From contig NC_058377.1 in NCBI RefSeq assembly GCF_018350175.1, forward strand, positions 15,934,001 through 15,998,000: a DNA stretch of 64,000 nucleotides. The letters are read 5' to 3'. Positions within the stretch are counted from its first letter, which is position 1. Each line of letters opens with the position of its first letter. Below, piece by piece: positions 10,609 to 23,425 of the stretch. Position numbers and translations under genes: made by a program. The notes beneath the pieces are model-generated. The model was given only the letters and a program-made list of their open reading frames with translations, did no database searches and had not been told where the DNA came from. This stretch comes from Felis catus (taxonomy: Eukaryota).

Positions 10609-13600
10609 AGGGACAGAGTACAAGTGGGGGAGGGACAGAGAGAGAGGGAGACACAGAATCTGAAGCAGGCTCCAGGCTCTCAGCTGTCAGCACAGAGCCC
10701 AACAAGGGGGTTGAACCTACCAACCGTGAGATCGTGACCTGAGCCGAAGTCGGACGCCCAACTGACTGAGCCACCCAGGCGCCCCTCTTTGGTATTCTCA
10801 TATGAATGATTTGTAGTAATTTGCTTATACAGCCAAACAGAATTCAACCATAGTACTAGTACGAAGAAATTCCAAATTAGCTAAAATTTAAAATTTATAT
10901 TTATGATTCTCTCTTTTATCTTGAGAAGCAAAAACTCGTGAAGGAAAATGTAATTTAGCAACAGAACCACTGAAGAAGAGATCTGACATGCTAAATTCTT
11001 TCTTACTTTCATCTTTTTTTTTTTTTTTTTAAAGTAATCTCTATGGAGTACCTGGGTGGTTCAGTTGGTTGAGGGTCCAACTTAGGTCATGATCTCCCTT
11101 CTCGTGAGTTTGAGCCCCACGTGGGTCCCGCTGCCATCAGCATAAAGCCTGCTTCAGATCCTCTGTCCCCCCTCTTTCTGTCCCTCCCCCACTTGCACTT
11201 TTTCACTCAAAAATAAACATTTTTCAAAAAATTAAAAAAAAATAAACTCTTTGCCCAATGTGGGCCTCGAACTCACGACCATGAGATGAAGAATTGCAGG
11301 TCCCAAGGAACCTGGGTGGTTCAGTTAGTTAAGCGTCTGACTCTTGGTTTCGGCTCAGGTCGTGATCTCACAGTTTGTGAGTTCAAGCCCCGCATCAGGC
11401 TCTGTGCCGTCAGCTCAGAGCCTGGTGCCTGCTTTAGATTCTCTGTCTCCCTCTCTCACTGCCCCTCCCCTGCTCATGCTCTCTCTCAAAAATAAAGATT
11501 AAAAATAATAATAATAATAATAATTTAAAAATTGGAAAAAAAAAAAAAAAGAATCACAGCCTCCACCAACTGAGCCGGCCAGGTGTACCTTTATCCCTTT
11601 TCATACTGTTTCCTCCCTCTAACCTTCCTTCTCCACTGCTCCCCACCTATTCACAGCCTTGCTTTTCTTTTAAGTCAGGGTGTGGGTGCCCATACGATTT
11701 ATTGTCCAAGCTGGGACACCTCAGAGAGTGTAAGCAGCATTATAGATACTCACACCCGAAACACAGACACCAGGACTGCCCCAGGGACACCGGGAGGTGG
11801 GGTCACCCTATTTTAAACTCTCGGGTCCTCGGTTTCCACATTTATAAAAAGAAGGGAGTGGACCAGGTGACTTCCAAGAATCCTTCCAGCCCTTTACATT
11901 CTAAAAGTCTACTGTCCTGATTTAAAGGGCTTCATCCTTCGAACTCCGTCTTAACTCAGAAAAGTCAGGCTGTTCTGTCACTAATAAGCTGCTCCCGGCC
12001 TCAGGGCGGCTGGTGTCCATCAGGGATCTGCGGAATGCTGAGCAAAGGCGCTGAGTTGGCTAAGGCATTTTAGCCTCTCTGGCCTCTCCTCCACTCCCAC
12101 TGAGGCCTGAGGCCTTGAAGGGAACCAGCAGGTTGGACTTGTCTGCTCAGTGTTTCTGGGTGGAAGGGGCAGCCAGGCACTTGCCCAGGCAAACAGGATG
12201 TGAGTCTCCTCAGGTGAGTCAGAGCAAGAGAGGGACAGGCCCGGTGCCCCTCTCGGTGGGGGTCCCCCCCCAGCTTCAGTACTGGGAAAATTCAGGGAGA
12301 CTTCCGCACCGTTGCTGTTTTCTGTCTCCTCCCGTGTCGTAGGCCCAAGTGTTGATATCTGCTGGGCCACACTAGCAGGTAACCGGAGGAACTGTCTTCC
12401 TTTTAAAGGCAGAGCAAAAATTATGGTTTAAAGCTGTCACCTTGGCCTTGGGTATCAACTGTACTTCCATTTTGTAAGTAAATTTAATTACCTAATTAAT
12501 TAAAACTGTCACCTTCAGCACAAGCTTTTTACTCTAATGCTGCTGACATCCTCCCAGACATTTCTAGAATGAGTCTTTAGGAATTGCCTCAGAAGGCTGA
12601 ACCACGATTTTTTACCTATTTATTTTTTGAGATCCTTAATCGTGGCAAATCTCCCTGGTTTTTGAGAGGGTGTTTGATTTTTGGACACATTTAAGTCACA
12701 AAAACCAAATCCTAAGAACGTGAGAGAAAGTGAGCACCAAACTGGGCATCGATTATGAAATCATGAGAACGTTGATCTTGTGCAGTGTGTACATGGTCCC
12801 TGAGGACCCTCTAAAAAACAAAAAACCAGGGGCACCTGGCTGGCTCAGCCCATGGAACATGTGACTCTTGATCTGGGGGTTGTAAGTTCGAACCCCACGT
12901 TGGGTGTAGAGCTTACTTACAAGTAAAATCTTAAAACAGCCACCACCGAAAAACCCACAAAAAACTAAACAACTATTTTGTGCACAAGTATGAGAAGGCT
13001 ATAATCTCTCCTACAGTTTAAGATCTCTCATATAGCTATTGAGTTGATACACACACTAAGTGGCTCTTCTCTTTTCACAGATTAAGGCCTTTGATGATCT
13101 GGCCCCTGCCAACTATCCAGCCCCTTTTCCGCTTTCTCCAGCCTCCCAGAACCTTAATTCTTAGCCATTCCGAACTCATCACATGCTTCTTCTTATTTCC
13201 CCACGTGTATCTGTATAAGCTATGCCCTACCTGATAAACCATTGTCTACTGTCCACCTGATAAACTCTTGCCTTTCAAACTTCAGCTCCCAGTCTATGAA
13301 GACTTCCTGACCCCCTGCCGCCAGAGTTAATAATCCCCTTAACACCTTGAGACACGCTGTTATTATAGCCCTCGCTAGGCGGTGCCATCGTTACTTGTTT
13401 ACATGTCTGTCTCCACTTTAGACTTGAGTCCCTGGAGAGCAGAGTCCTCCGCAGGGAAAACTTCTAGGCGCATAGTGGACACTCAATACACATTTGCTGA
13501 ACGAGTGAATGCATACTTGCGGAAGAGTCTCAGTAAAGCTAAGCGGTATGGAGCTCCCTCTGGTGGAACCCAAGGAAGTTGCAAGAGTGAAGCCCTGAAA

Positions 13601-13999
13601 CCAGTCTCCGCTTGAACTTGGCCTGTTTTCACGAAGATCCTCTCCAGGACTGAAAAATCTACACTGCACAAGAACTTCTCACTGTTTCCTGCCGAGGAGC
13701 CATCGTGAAATAAGAGGAGCAAATATAATCTGTAACATATATAACAGGTTCTACTTGGATGTGTATAATGTGACATATTCAACAATTGTCAGAAGGTCTC
13801 GCCTACTTTTCATTCATTCATTAAAAGTCTTAATTATTGAATGAATGACAAAAAAATTATTAAATGAATGCTCTAGGTGTCTGGAACCTAGAATTGGGAA
13901 TGTACCTATTTATCATTCATTTAATAAATAATGATTTGACTGAATAAGAATACTGAAGCTAAACACTTACAAAGCACCTGTTATATGATCAACACTGCT

Positions 14000-14002
<3 letters not shown>

Positions 14003-14044
<42 letters not shown>
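14003..14044. repeat. (AT)21 microsatellite
   Basis: direct reading. Confidence 0.9.
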
Positions 14045-14049
<5 letters not shown>

Positions 14050-15319
14050 GATGCCAGGGGCGCCTAGGTGGCTCAGTCAGCTAAGCATACGACTTCAGCT
14101 CAGGTCATGATCTCAGGGCTCCTGAGTTCGAGCCCCGTGTTGGGCTCTGTGCTGACAGCTCAGAGCCTGGAGCCTGCTTTGGATTCTATGTCTCCCTCTC
14201 TCTCTGCCCCTCCCATGCTCATGCTCTGCCCCTCTCTCAAAATAAAGACATAAAAAAATTTTTTTTTAAAAAAAGAAGATGCCATATCTGGCTTCATTGA
14301 ACTCAGTCTGTGGATACTAGAACCTTTGCAAAGCTTTGTGCAAAGCATTTGAACACATCATGTAATTCTCACCACTTTATTTTACAGATGAAGAAAATGA
14401 GGATAACAGATATGAAGCGATTTACCCAGCTACCCACCTCACTCCTGCTACAAAATAAATGGGCTAGAACTAGGGCTCACTCTGGGGATTCTGTATCTAA
14501 ACCCAAAATTCTTCCCATGGGTTCCCACAAAGACCCCCAAAGGCAAAGGCAGTTCTTTCCTTAAGCTTTAATGATGACGATTTTCAAACATATGCAAAAT
14601 TACACAAAATAGTATAACAAATCGTAAATAGTAAAACAAAATAACAAAAAAGCCCACTTATCGTCAACCCATGGTCAACCTTTTTCCATTTGTACCTTCA
14701 CCCACCCATCCAATATTATTTTGAACAAATTGAAGACATCATTTCACCAATAAATGTAGCTTCAAAACCATCATCATGCCTAAAAAGAATTAACATTTCC
14801 TAAATATGAAATATCCAATGTGAAAGTTTCCAATTATCTCATAAACGTTATTTGAAAATTCACAGTTTGTTTATTTGAATTATCCAAATCAGATCCAAAA
14901 TTTGCCATTGGTCCGTATGTTCCCCAAGTCTCTTTCTTTTTTTTTTTTTTTTTTTTTTAACATTTTTTAGTGTTTATTTATTTTTGAGAGAGAGAGTGCA
15001 AGTGAGGGGGGCAGGGGAAGAGGTGGTGGGGGAAAGAGGATCCAAAGCAGGCTCTGTGCTGACAGCAGACAGCCTAATGCGGGGCTCGAACTCATGACCT
15101 GATCCGACTGAGCCATCGGGGCACCCCCCCACACAAAGTCTCTTTTAAAACATAGGTTGCCCTTCATCTCTTTTCTATTTTCTTATGATTTAAATGTAAA
15201 GAAACTGGGTCATTTGTCTGATAACGTTTTCCACAGTCTGGATTTTTTTTGCCTGCAATCACCATCATGTTGTGTAATATGTTCCTTGGTATTTCCTATA
15301 AATTGGTATTGTGTTTAAA

Positions 15320-15470
15320 GCAGTGAGTCTCAGTAGTTCCCAAAGGTATCAGAATCCTCTGAAAGGCTTGTTGAAACAGATTGCTGGGCCCCACCTTCAG
15401 AGTGTCTGACTCTGGTCTGATGCAGTCCTGAAAATTTGCATTTCTAACAAGTTGTCAGCTGATGCTGGCC
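15320..15470. mobile_element. MER5A-like hAT remnant
   Basis: ATCAGAATC..CTTGTTGAAACAGATTGCTGGGCCCCACC..ATTTGCATTTCTAACAAG. Confidence 0.65.
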
Positions 15471-16822
15471 ACACCCAACAGCCATGACCTTAACTACACT
15501 GGGGCTCATTCAGATTCACAGTGGACTTTTTGTATCCAAGACTACCTGTCCTGTGGTGTTGTGTTCTTCCTTCAAGAGGTACATAACATGTGGTAGTCTT
15601 TTTTTGTGATATTAACAGCCTTTGATGCCCAGTGCTTAGATCTATTCATTCATTTGGTATTGCAAAATGGCGATATTCTAATTCTATCATTCCTGCTTCA
15701 TTTACTGGCTAGGAAAAGAAACTTCCTCATGTACTAAATAGTTGCCCAATGGAATAGTTCATATAGGAAAGACCCAATTTGAGCATAATGAGTTAGTTCA
15801 CTGATATCATCCAATGGTTACCAGTTAAAGATTTATTTTTGTTTGTGTTTATTTGTAGTGTCATTACAAACTCGTGTCATTAAACATGTTTGATGCAGTT
15901 CACATATTATAATTATTATCCTTATGGATTTTCAAATTTTCCCATCTTTGAGCAGTGGGACCCTCTTCAAATTGGCTCCTGAATCCTTGTAACATGTGTT
16001 TGTTGTATTATTTAAGAATATTAAGAATATTCAAGTCTGGGGCACCCGGGGGGGCTCAGTCGGTTGAGCATCACACTCTTGATTTTAACTCAGGTCATGA
16101 TCTCACAATTCGTGAGTTTGAGCACCGAGTAGGGCTCGGCACAGACAGCACAGAGCCTGGTTGGGATTCTTTCTCTCTCCCTCTCTCTCGGCCTCTCTCT
16201 CTCTCTCAAAATAAATAAATAAACAAAAAAAAAAAAAGAATATGTGGGGCAACTGGGTGTCTCAGTCAACTAAGCATCCGACTTCGGCTCAGGTCCTGAT
16301 CTCATGGTTCATGGGTTCAAGCCCCACCATGGTCTCTCTCTGCTGTCAGCACAGAGCCTGCTTCGGATCCTCTGTCTCCCTCTCTCTCTCTGCCCCTCCC
16401 CTGCTCCCTCCCTCACTCTCTCTCAAAGATAAATAAACATGAAAAAAAAAAAAAAGAATATTCAAGTCTGCTATAGAAAATAAGAGAAGGAAACAAACAA
16501 AGACGACAGATGAAATTAAGTGCGGAAGCAAGTGGCTTGTGAAACAAGTTAGACCTTGACGAGTAAAACAGATGTCTGCTGATCTGGGAAGAGATGGTCA
16601 GGCTAACTCCGCTCTGGATATTCCCTAGCCACACAAAACTCCAAATGTGTGTGAGACACTCAACACGTATAAGATCTTACCTCGGCTATCTCTTTGTGAC
16701 AGCTATCCTGTCACTGCGTCCTCTGCCTGAGGTTCACAGATAAAACCGGTAGCTCCTGTCATGGTAATTTGCAAGCTCCAGCTGTTGCCTGGGATTCTTG
16801 CCCTTGCATTCCCACAACAGAG

Positions 16823-17283
16823 TGTAGGAGAGGAAAAGCTTTCTTCTCCCCGAACCGACAAAGACAGAATGACAGGAGAAAACCCTGCGAGTTCATTTAC
16901 TATGAGTTTTACGTGACACAGGAGCCTTCGCGAGGAAATGAAAACTCCAAGACAGACCTGAGTACTTGACGCAACGTTGGATGAAGAGTGGACGCTTGTC
17001 AAGGAAAGGTAAGTGGAGGAGTATGCGGTAATTGTAGTAAACAGAGCGGAACCTTAGCAAGGACTGTTTGTTCGGATTCCTCTCGAGGCTGAGATAAGGG
17101 TACTCCTTTCCTGCAGGCACAGGGAAGGCACCCCTTACAAGGAACTTATGGTCTGTCTCAGGGGAGAAGGACCGGGAAAGATCAGAGTGATCTTGCCTTT
17201 GCCATTTGCTCAGATCCCTTCAGCTCAAAGCGTTCACTATGCCAAGGCGTCATAGGTGGGATAGCGGGTCCTGAACCTCATCA
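16823..17283 (-). mobile_element. Solo LTR, ERV1/MER4-group-like
   Basis: TG...CA termini, about 460 bp. Minus strand starts TGATGAGGTTCAGGACCCGCTATCCC..CCTTGGCATAGTGAAC..GAGCTGAAGG as in MER34/39-like LTRs. Flanks AGAG/AGGG may be a 4-bp TSD. Exact family not determined. Confidence 0.65.
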
Positions 17284-18409
17284 AGGGCGAGAGCGTTTGG
17301 GGCCCGGTCACCATCAATCTGCTGAGGCCCCTTGCTCACCCACAACTCCAGTCCCTGTAACGGGCTGGTGCAGCAGAGAGTAAGATAGGATTTATGAACA
17401 CCGTAGAACACAGGATTCAGGTCCTTCTGCCACTGATGTGCACCCTATCCTAGGGGGATGAACCTTCCCCACCTCTTTTCCACAGCTTTTCACTAAATAT
17501 TTTTCCTTGATTTAATAAGCCAAATGATCCAAGGATCTTAACTTTGCCTATGAGCCATACTGTTCTGTGATCTCTGGAATCGCTTGTTATATAGTATGGT
17601 AAAGGGCTATCAAAGCATCACGGTAATTTCTCACATGCTAATCCTTCTGACCCATGACAAGATGTTCCAGGCTGGTCTCGTACACTTCTTGCCCCAGACC
17701 TGAAATCATCCGTAATTCTCCAAGGATTCCGGGTTACTTTTAGTGGGAAATAGTACTCGAAGCTACGGTCTGCGTACTGAGAGCGTGCATTGCTCCTGGG
17801 TTGGTAAATTATCTTTTGAATTATATACCATCTTATGGTACATAAAGGCTTCTTAGGTCATCTATTTTTTTTTTAATTTTTTTTTAACGTTTATTTATTT
17901 TTGGGACAGAGAGAGACAGAGCATGAATGGAGGAGGGGCAGAGAGAGAGGGAGACACAGAATCGGAAGCAGGCTCCAGGCTCCGAGCCATCAGCCCACAG
18001 CCCGACGCGGGGCTCGAACTCATGAACCGCGAGATCATGACCTGAGCTGAAGTCGGACGCCTAACCGACTGAGCCACCCAGGCGCCCCATTAGGTCATCT
18101 ATTAAAATGAATAATTTAAAGTTAAACATGCAGGCTCAGACCTGAACCTACTCTTTACTATAACCAACCCTCAGGTAGTCAAACTTGACAGATAAATGCA
18201 TAATGAGAAAGGAAAGAGAGATACCAGATTTGGGGTGAAACGTGAAAACCAGAACAAACACTGATCTTCAACGTCTGAAACCCTGCTAAAATGGCATATA
18301 CGCATAAAAGACAAGGAGAACAAGAAGACAGCAGCACATGGGAAGCGGAACAAAACTTTAGAAGTTGAACAATAAGTGAATGAGTGCTAACCAAATTAAC
18401 ATGCCAGAA

Positions 18410-19920
18410 AAAGCTAACTTCTTCTGGAATACTGAAGAAATAAGATACTATTCAATGCATTCTTTGAGGCTAGCATAACCTGATGCATCAGATAAAGACA
18501 TAACATAGAAATATCAAGCTTATTTCACTCATGAAAACAGAAACAAAAATCCTACACAAAATATTAGCAAATCGAGGGGCGCGTGGGTGGCTCAGTCGGT
18601 TAGGCGTCTGACTTCAGCTCAGGTCATGATCTCACACTCCGTGAGTTCGAGCCCCGCGTCGGGCTCTGGGCTGGCAGCTCAGAGCCTGGAGCCTGCTTCA
18701 GATTCTGTGTCTCCTCCTCTCTCTGCTCCTCCCCCGCTCATGCTCTGTCTCTCTCTGTCTCAAAAAATTTTTAAAAATTTTAACAAAATATTAGCAAAAC
18801 GAATCTAACCAGGTGAAGACAGGAAGAAAGAAAAAATCACCACTACCAAATAGTTATACAACAATGTTTAATATTAGAAAACCTAGAAATGTAATTGACC
18901 ACAAAAACAGATTAAGAGAAACACCAGATTAAGAGAAGGCATTGGATAAAGTCCCTTCCTTGCCTATTCAGGATTAAAAACTCTTTTTGTAAATTGAAAC
19001 CGTAGGGTGTTCCTTAACCTGATAAAGAGGATCTATTAAAATCTTACAGCAAATATTATCCTAAGTGGGGAAATAGGAGATTCATTCCTAAATTAAGAAT
19101 TGAAAAGATGGCCTGATGTCCTCACTTTTATTTACTGTCGCGTCAGAGGCCCTGCATAGAACTGTACGACACGAGTAAGAAATTAGAGGCTTACAGAACG
19201 AAAAAGAGGAAATAAAGCTGTAATTGTTTGCAGATGACATGATTTTTTTACTTTACCAAAGCTATATCATGTTCATGTAACCAAAGACTTAACATCATAA
19301 AGATATTAATTCTCCCCAAATTAAGTTTATTCCATTTTCTAACAAAATCTCAGCAGTTTTCTTTTTACATTTATTTATTTTTGACGGGCCGGCGGGGGGG
19401 GGGGGAGAGGTGGGGGCGGGGAGGAGTCAGAGAGAGAGAGAATCCCAAGCAGTCTCTGCACTGTCAGCACAGAGCCTGGCGCTGGGCTTGAACCCCTGAA
19501 CCGCGAGATCATGACCTGAGCTGAAGTCAGACACTCAACTGACTGAGCCACCCAGGAGCCCCTCAGCAGCTTTGAATGAAATTGTGAAGATGATTCTAGC
19601 ATTTGTATGGAGAAGTAGGAAGCCAGGAATAGCCAAGACACTTCCAAAAAGAAAGATGAGGGTACAGAACTTACTCTATCAGATATCAAACTTTATTACA
19701 AAGCTATAAAAATTGAGATGGTGTGGGACTGACGTAGAGATGGAACAATGCAGAGGCCATTAGTTAGACCTTTACACATATGACACTTTGATATATAATA
19801 CAAGTGGCGCTTCAGAAGATTGGGGAAAGAGAAGACAACAGTATGGACGTTGGGAAAATGCCATACGGGAAAAAATGAAATTGAATTTCTAGTTGTATCA
19901 GATCCAAAAATCAACTCCAG
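18410..19920 (+). mobile_element. Degraded L1 ORF2 remnant
   Basis: CAAAAATCCTACACAAAATATTAGCAAATCGA, TTTGCAGATGACATGAT (RT FADD motif), TATTACAAAGCTATA. Confidence 0.8.
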
Positions 19921-21099
19921 GGTCACCTGGGTAGCTCAGTCAGCGAAGTGGCCAACTTTGGCTCAGGTCATGATCTCATAGTTCATGAGTTCGAACCCTA
20001 CGTCGGGCTCTGCGCTGATAGTTGGAAGCCCAGAGGCTGCTTTGGATTCTATGTCTCCCTCTCTCTCTCTCTGTCCCTCCCCTTATTGTGCTCTCACTCT
20101 CTCGCTCTCTCTCTCCCTCTCTCTGTCAAAAATAAATAAATAAGCATTAAACAAAATCAACTCCAAATGGTTTAAGGTTTAAGGTTGGCAGACTCTCGAA
20201 AGAGGAGGGGGAGAAAGCCAGAGGCAGGACTTAGACACTTGCGGTTTATTAGGGAATTGATCCTACCAAGCCAAAATGAGGTTGCAGGGACAGTAAGCGA
20301 GAAAGGGGAGATCAGGGGTGCCTGGGTGACTCAGTTGGTTAAGCGTTCGACTTCGGCTCAGGTCATAATCTCACAGTTCGTGAGTTCAAGCCCCGCATTG
20401 GGCTCTGTGCTGACCGCTCAGAGCCTGGAGCCTGCGTCGGATTCTGTGTCTCTTTCTCTCTCTGTCTCTCCCCCACTGTCTCTCTCTCTCTCTCTCTCTC
20501 TCTCTTGCTCATTCTCTCTAAAAAAATAAATAAACACCAAAAAATTAAAAAAGAAAAAAGAGCAGATGAAGAGTGTTTTAGTAAGCTAGTTACTGCTCCA
20601 GTCACCTGCAGCTCAAAGTCTCTTAGGAGACCCTCTGAGGAACCACGTAGAATGCATTTCAGAAATGAATCAATCTTCTGACTGATAGAAGGCCGGGGAC
20701 GGGATCCACTGTGTCCTCTCCCATTCGATCAGGGCTGCCTCTGGGGGCAGCAAGTCCCTACTCTTTCCTGCTCATTCAGGCTCACGCCTGCCTGCACAGG
20801 CTTTTGAGGAGACACATCAGTGTGCATCAGAAGTGACCACAGAGCTGCCACTGAAGTCACAGATGGGCTAGGGGGATGTGGCATAGACACCAACAGCATC
20901 TCGGCAAGGGGTTTGTGCGGGAGAGTGGAAATACAATGGGCTGGAAGAGATCATGAAGAGCGAGGAGTCAGACTTTTTATTCTTGTCCTATAGCATTTGG
21001 AGAAAGAGCAAGAAAAGAAGTGTCCTGAGGAGGGAAGGAGAAGAGCCAAGCTTTCTGCAAGATAGGCAGTATGGAGAAAAGCATTGTGGGAAGAGGTTG

Positions 21100-23054
21100 A
21101 GGATTTCGGGCCATCTGCATACTATGGAATTCCAATGGCACAAGGGAGATAGATAAACGAGGGACAATAGGGTAGGGCAGATGTCAGCTCGGCATGGGGA
21201 TGCAAGCCGAAATGAACAGTTACAGCCCTGAATGCCCACTCGGAAGTGGGCCTTGAGAGACAGTAGTGAGGGGAAATCCTCCCAAAGGACAGAACTTCTG
21301 GCACTGTCCATGGTCATCCACTTCATGTGGAGAGAGAAGTGGCCTGGTATTAGAATATATAGAGATTCGTGGACAGTGAAAAGTGGCTTAATTTATTGGT
21401 CAGGGGACAAGAACGAGTAAGATTAGAAGCTTGGGGGCAAGGGAGTAAGACACGTGTATATAGACCCATGGAATCATAAAATGTGAAGGTCTTTGTGTCA
21501 TATAACACCCACCAGAGAACATCCATCATGGAAGAGGCACTACCACACAAAGTAGAAGAAAATGACTTGGCCAGCTAGCCTCTTGGCTAGACTTGGCTAA
21601 CCCGTGGCCTCTGCCCTTGGCCATCCCAGAACAGCAACGTTGGGGTTATAAACGTAGCTATGGCAGCAGCGGTAAAGGCTGTACTTAGGTACAACAGTGT
21701 GGGCTCCCACCAAGGCTGGTGTAGATTTTGTTGCTGCTGAAACAGTCCAATGCTGAGCCTCCTATGTGGTACCCTCCCTAGAGGAAACCAAGGAGTCCCT
21801 TCTTGGCCAGTTAATTACATTGGATCCCCTCCAGACGAAACCTGGAAAGGACTTGATTCATTTCATACGAGTTGGTACATGTTCTGGGCGTGGATTTGAC
21901 TTTCTTGCCTGCAAAGCTCACCATCCATGAGTTCGCATATTGGCGGATCCATCAGCATTAGATTCTGCGTAGCATCACTAGGGACCATGGGACCTACTCG
22001 ATTTATTTATTTTTTTAATTTTTGTAACGTTTATTCATTTTTGAGAGAAAGAGAGACAGAGCATGAGTGGGAGAGGGGCAGAGAGAGAGGGAGACACAGA
22101 ACTGGAAGCAGGCTCCAGGCTCTGAGCTGTCAACATAGAGCCCGATGCGGGGGGCTCGAACTCACGGATCATGAGATCATGACCTGAGCTGAAGCCGGAC
22201 GCCTAACCGACTGAGCCACCCGGGCGCCCCGCATGGGACCTACTTTATAACAAAGGTATATGGACACGTGACCATAGGATCCATTGGTACTTTGTCCCCA
22301 GGAGGTAGAATCCGTGCATCCAGGAAGTAAGGGTTGGAAATAAGAGTATTCGTGCTTACCATTACTCCCAGTGAACCATTCAGGGAATTCGTGCTTCCTG
22401 TCCCCATAACTCTAGACTCTGAGTTTCTAGAGGCCATGGTTTCCAGAAGCAGGATGCTTCCATCATGGTACCCAGCTAGAGTTCCATTAAACTAAGCTAT
22501 ACCTGTTCCCTACCATGGCCAAGAGACTGGGAGGCAAAAAAAAAAAAAAAAAAAAGGTTCTCTTGGAGCGCCTGGCTGGATCAGTCAGTAGAGCATGTGA
22601 CTCTTGATCTCAGGGTTGTGAGTTCAAGCCCCACCTTGGGCATAGAGCTTACTTTAAAGGAAAAAAAAAAAAAATGATTCACTCTCCCAGCAGAAGGAAT
22701 CTCTTTTTATCATCAGGAGGAATCAAGGCTGCAGGGAACAGGAGAATACATACAAAATGGAGGGGTTCACTGCCTGAAAAGGCCAGGTGACCAGACGCTT
22801 GGGGCTCAGACTCCTCAAGCTAAGTCTTCCCGTAGGTTAGCAGAAGTGCTAGCTGAGGCCGGGAGCAATCCAAAATACGGGTAACAGAGGAGGGAGATGA
22901 CTACCAGATGGGGCCCCAGAACTGCAGTAGAGTGGGACCGCAATTTGTCCCACTAACTTGCCATTTATAAGCTTCTCCGGGAACAGAGATCAAGCAGAGT
23001 CCTGAAATGGTTGTTTAAGGATAGGGTGAAATTGTGACACAGCAAGGGATGAAC
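21100..23054 (+). mobile_element. ERVL-class internal remnant (RNase H, integrase, dUTPase-region fragments)
   Basis: ORF 21232..21420 DSSEGKSSQRTELLALSMVIHFMWREKWPGIRIYRDSW resembles ERVL RNase H (DSGEGKSSQWAEL...EKWP..YTDSW); integrase-like V.YIG.P near 21805; purine-rich PPT CAAGGGATGAAC before 23055. Confidence 0.8.
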
Positions 23055-23425
23055 TGTGTCGTGCCATGTGGTGCTGCCCAGGCTCCCCCTTGAGGACTGC
23101 TCATCCCCCCGGCTGCTGGCGTTGTGTCCCCTGAGGGCCCTCGGCTGAGCTTCTCCACGGGCGGGGCATCGTCCTCAGCAGAAGCAGCCGCCTTGGCCAA
23201 GTTCTTACCCCCTTTCTAGAAAGAGTTCGCATCCAAGACTGGATGATGGGCCTGGTGCCTCAATTCGGGACCGTCCGGAGAGGTCGTCCCAGCCTGAGAA
23301 CTCCCTGTGGGATTGGCCGAGCTCTCTGTTGCTACCGTGACTTAGTGCCCCTTCTTCCTGTGCCCCCTCAGTGCACACAAGTCTCCATCTCAGAGTTTGC
23401 TTCCCAGAGAACCCCAATGATGACG
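23055..23425 (+). mobile_element. ERVL 3' LTR (LTR16/LTR33-like)
   Basis: Begins TGT right after the PPT; ends TCTCCATCTCAGAGTTTGCTTCCCAGAGAACCC, typical of these LTR 3' ends. Confidence 0.65.

Noticed and set aside
21232-21420. RNase H-like ORF as a possible domesticated retroviral gene
   Set aside because: Short fragment with altered conserved motifs (YRDS instead of YTDS) and surrounding frameshifts and stops
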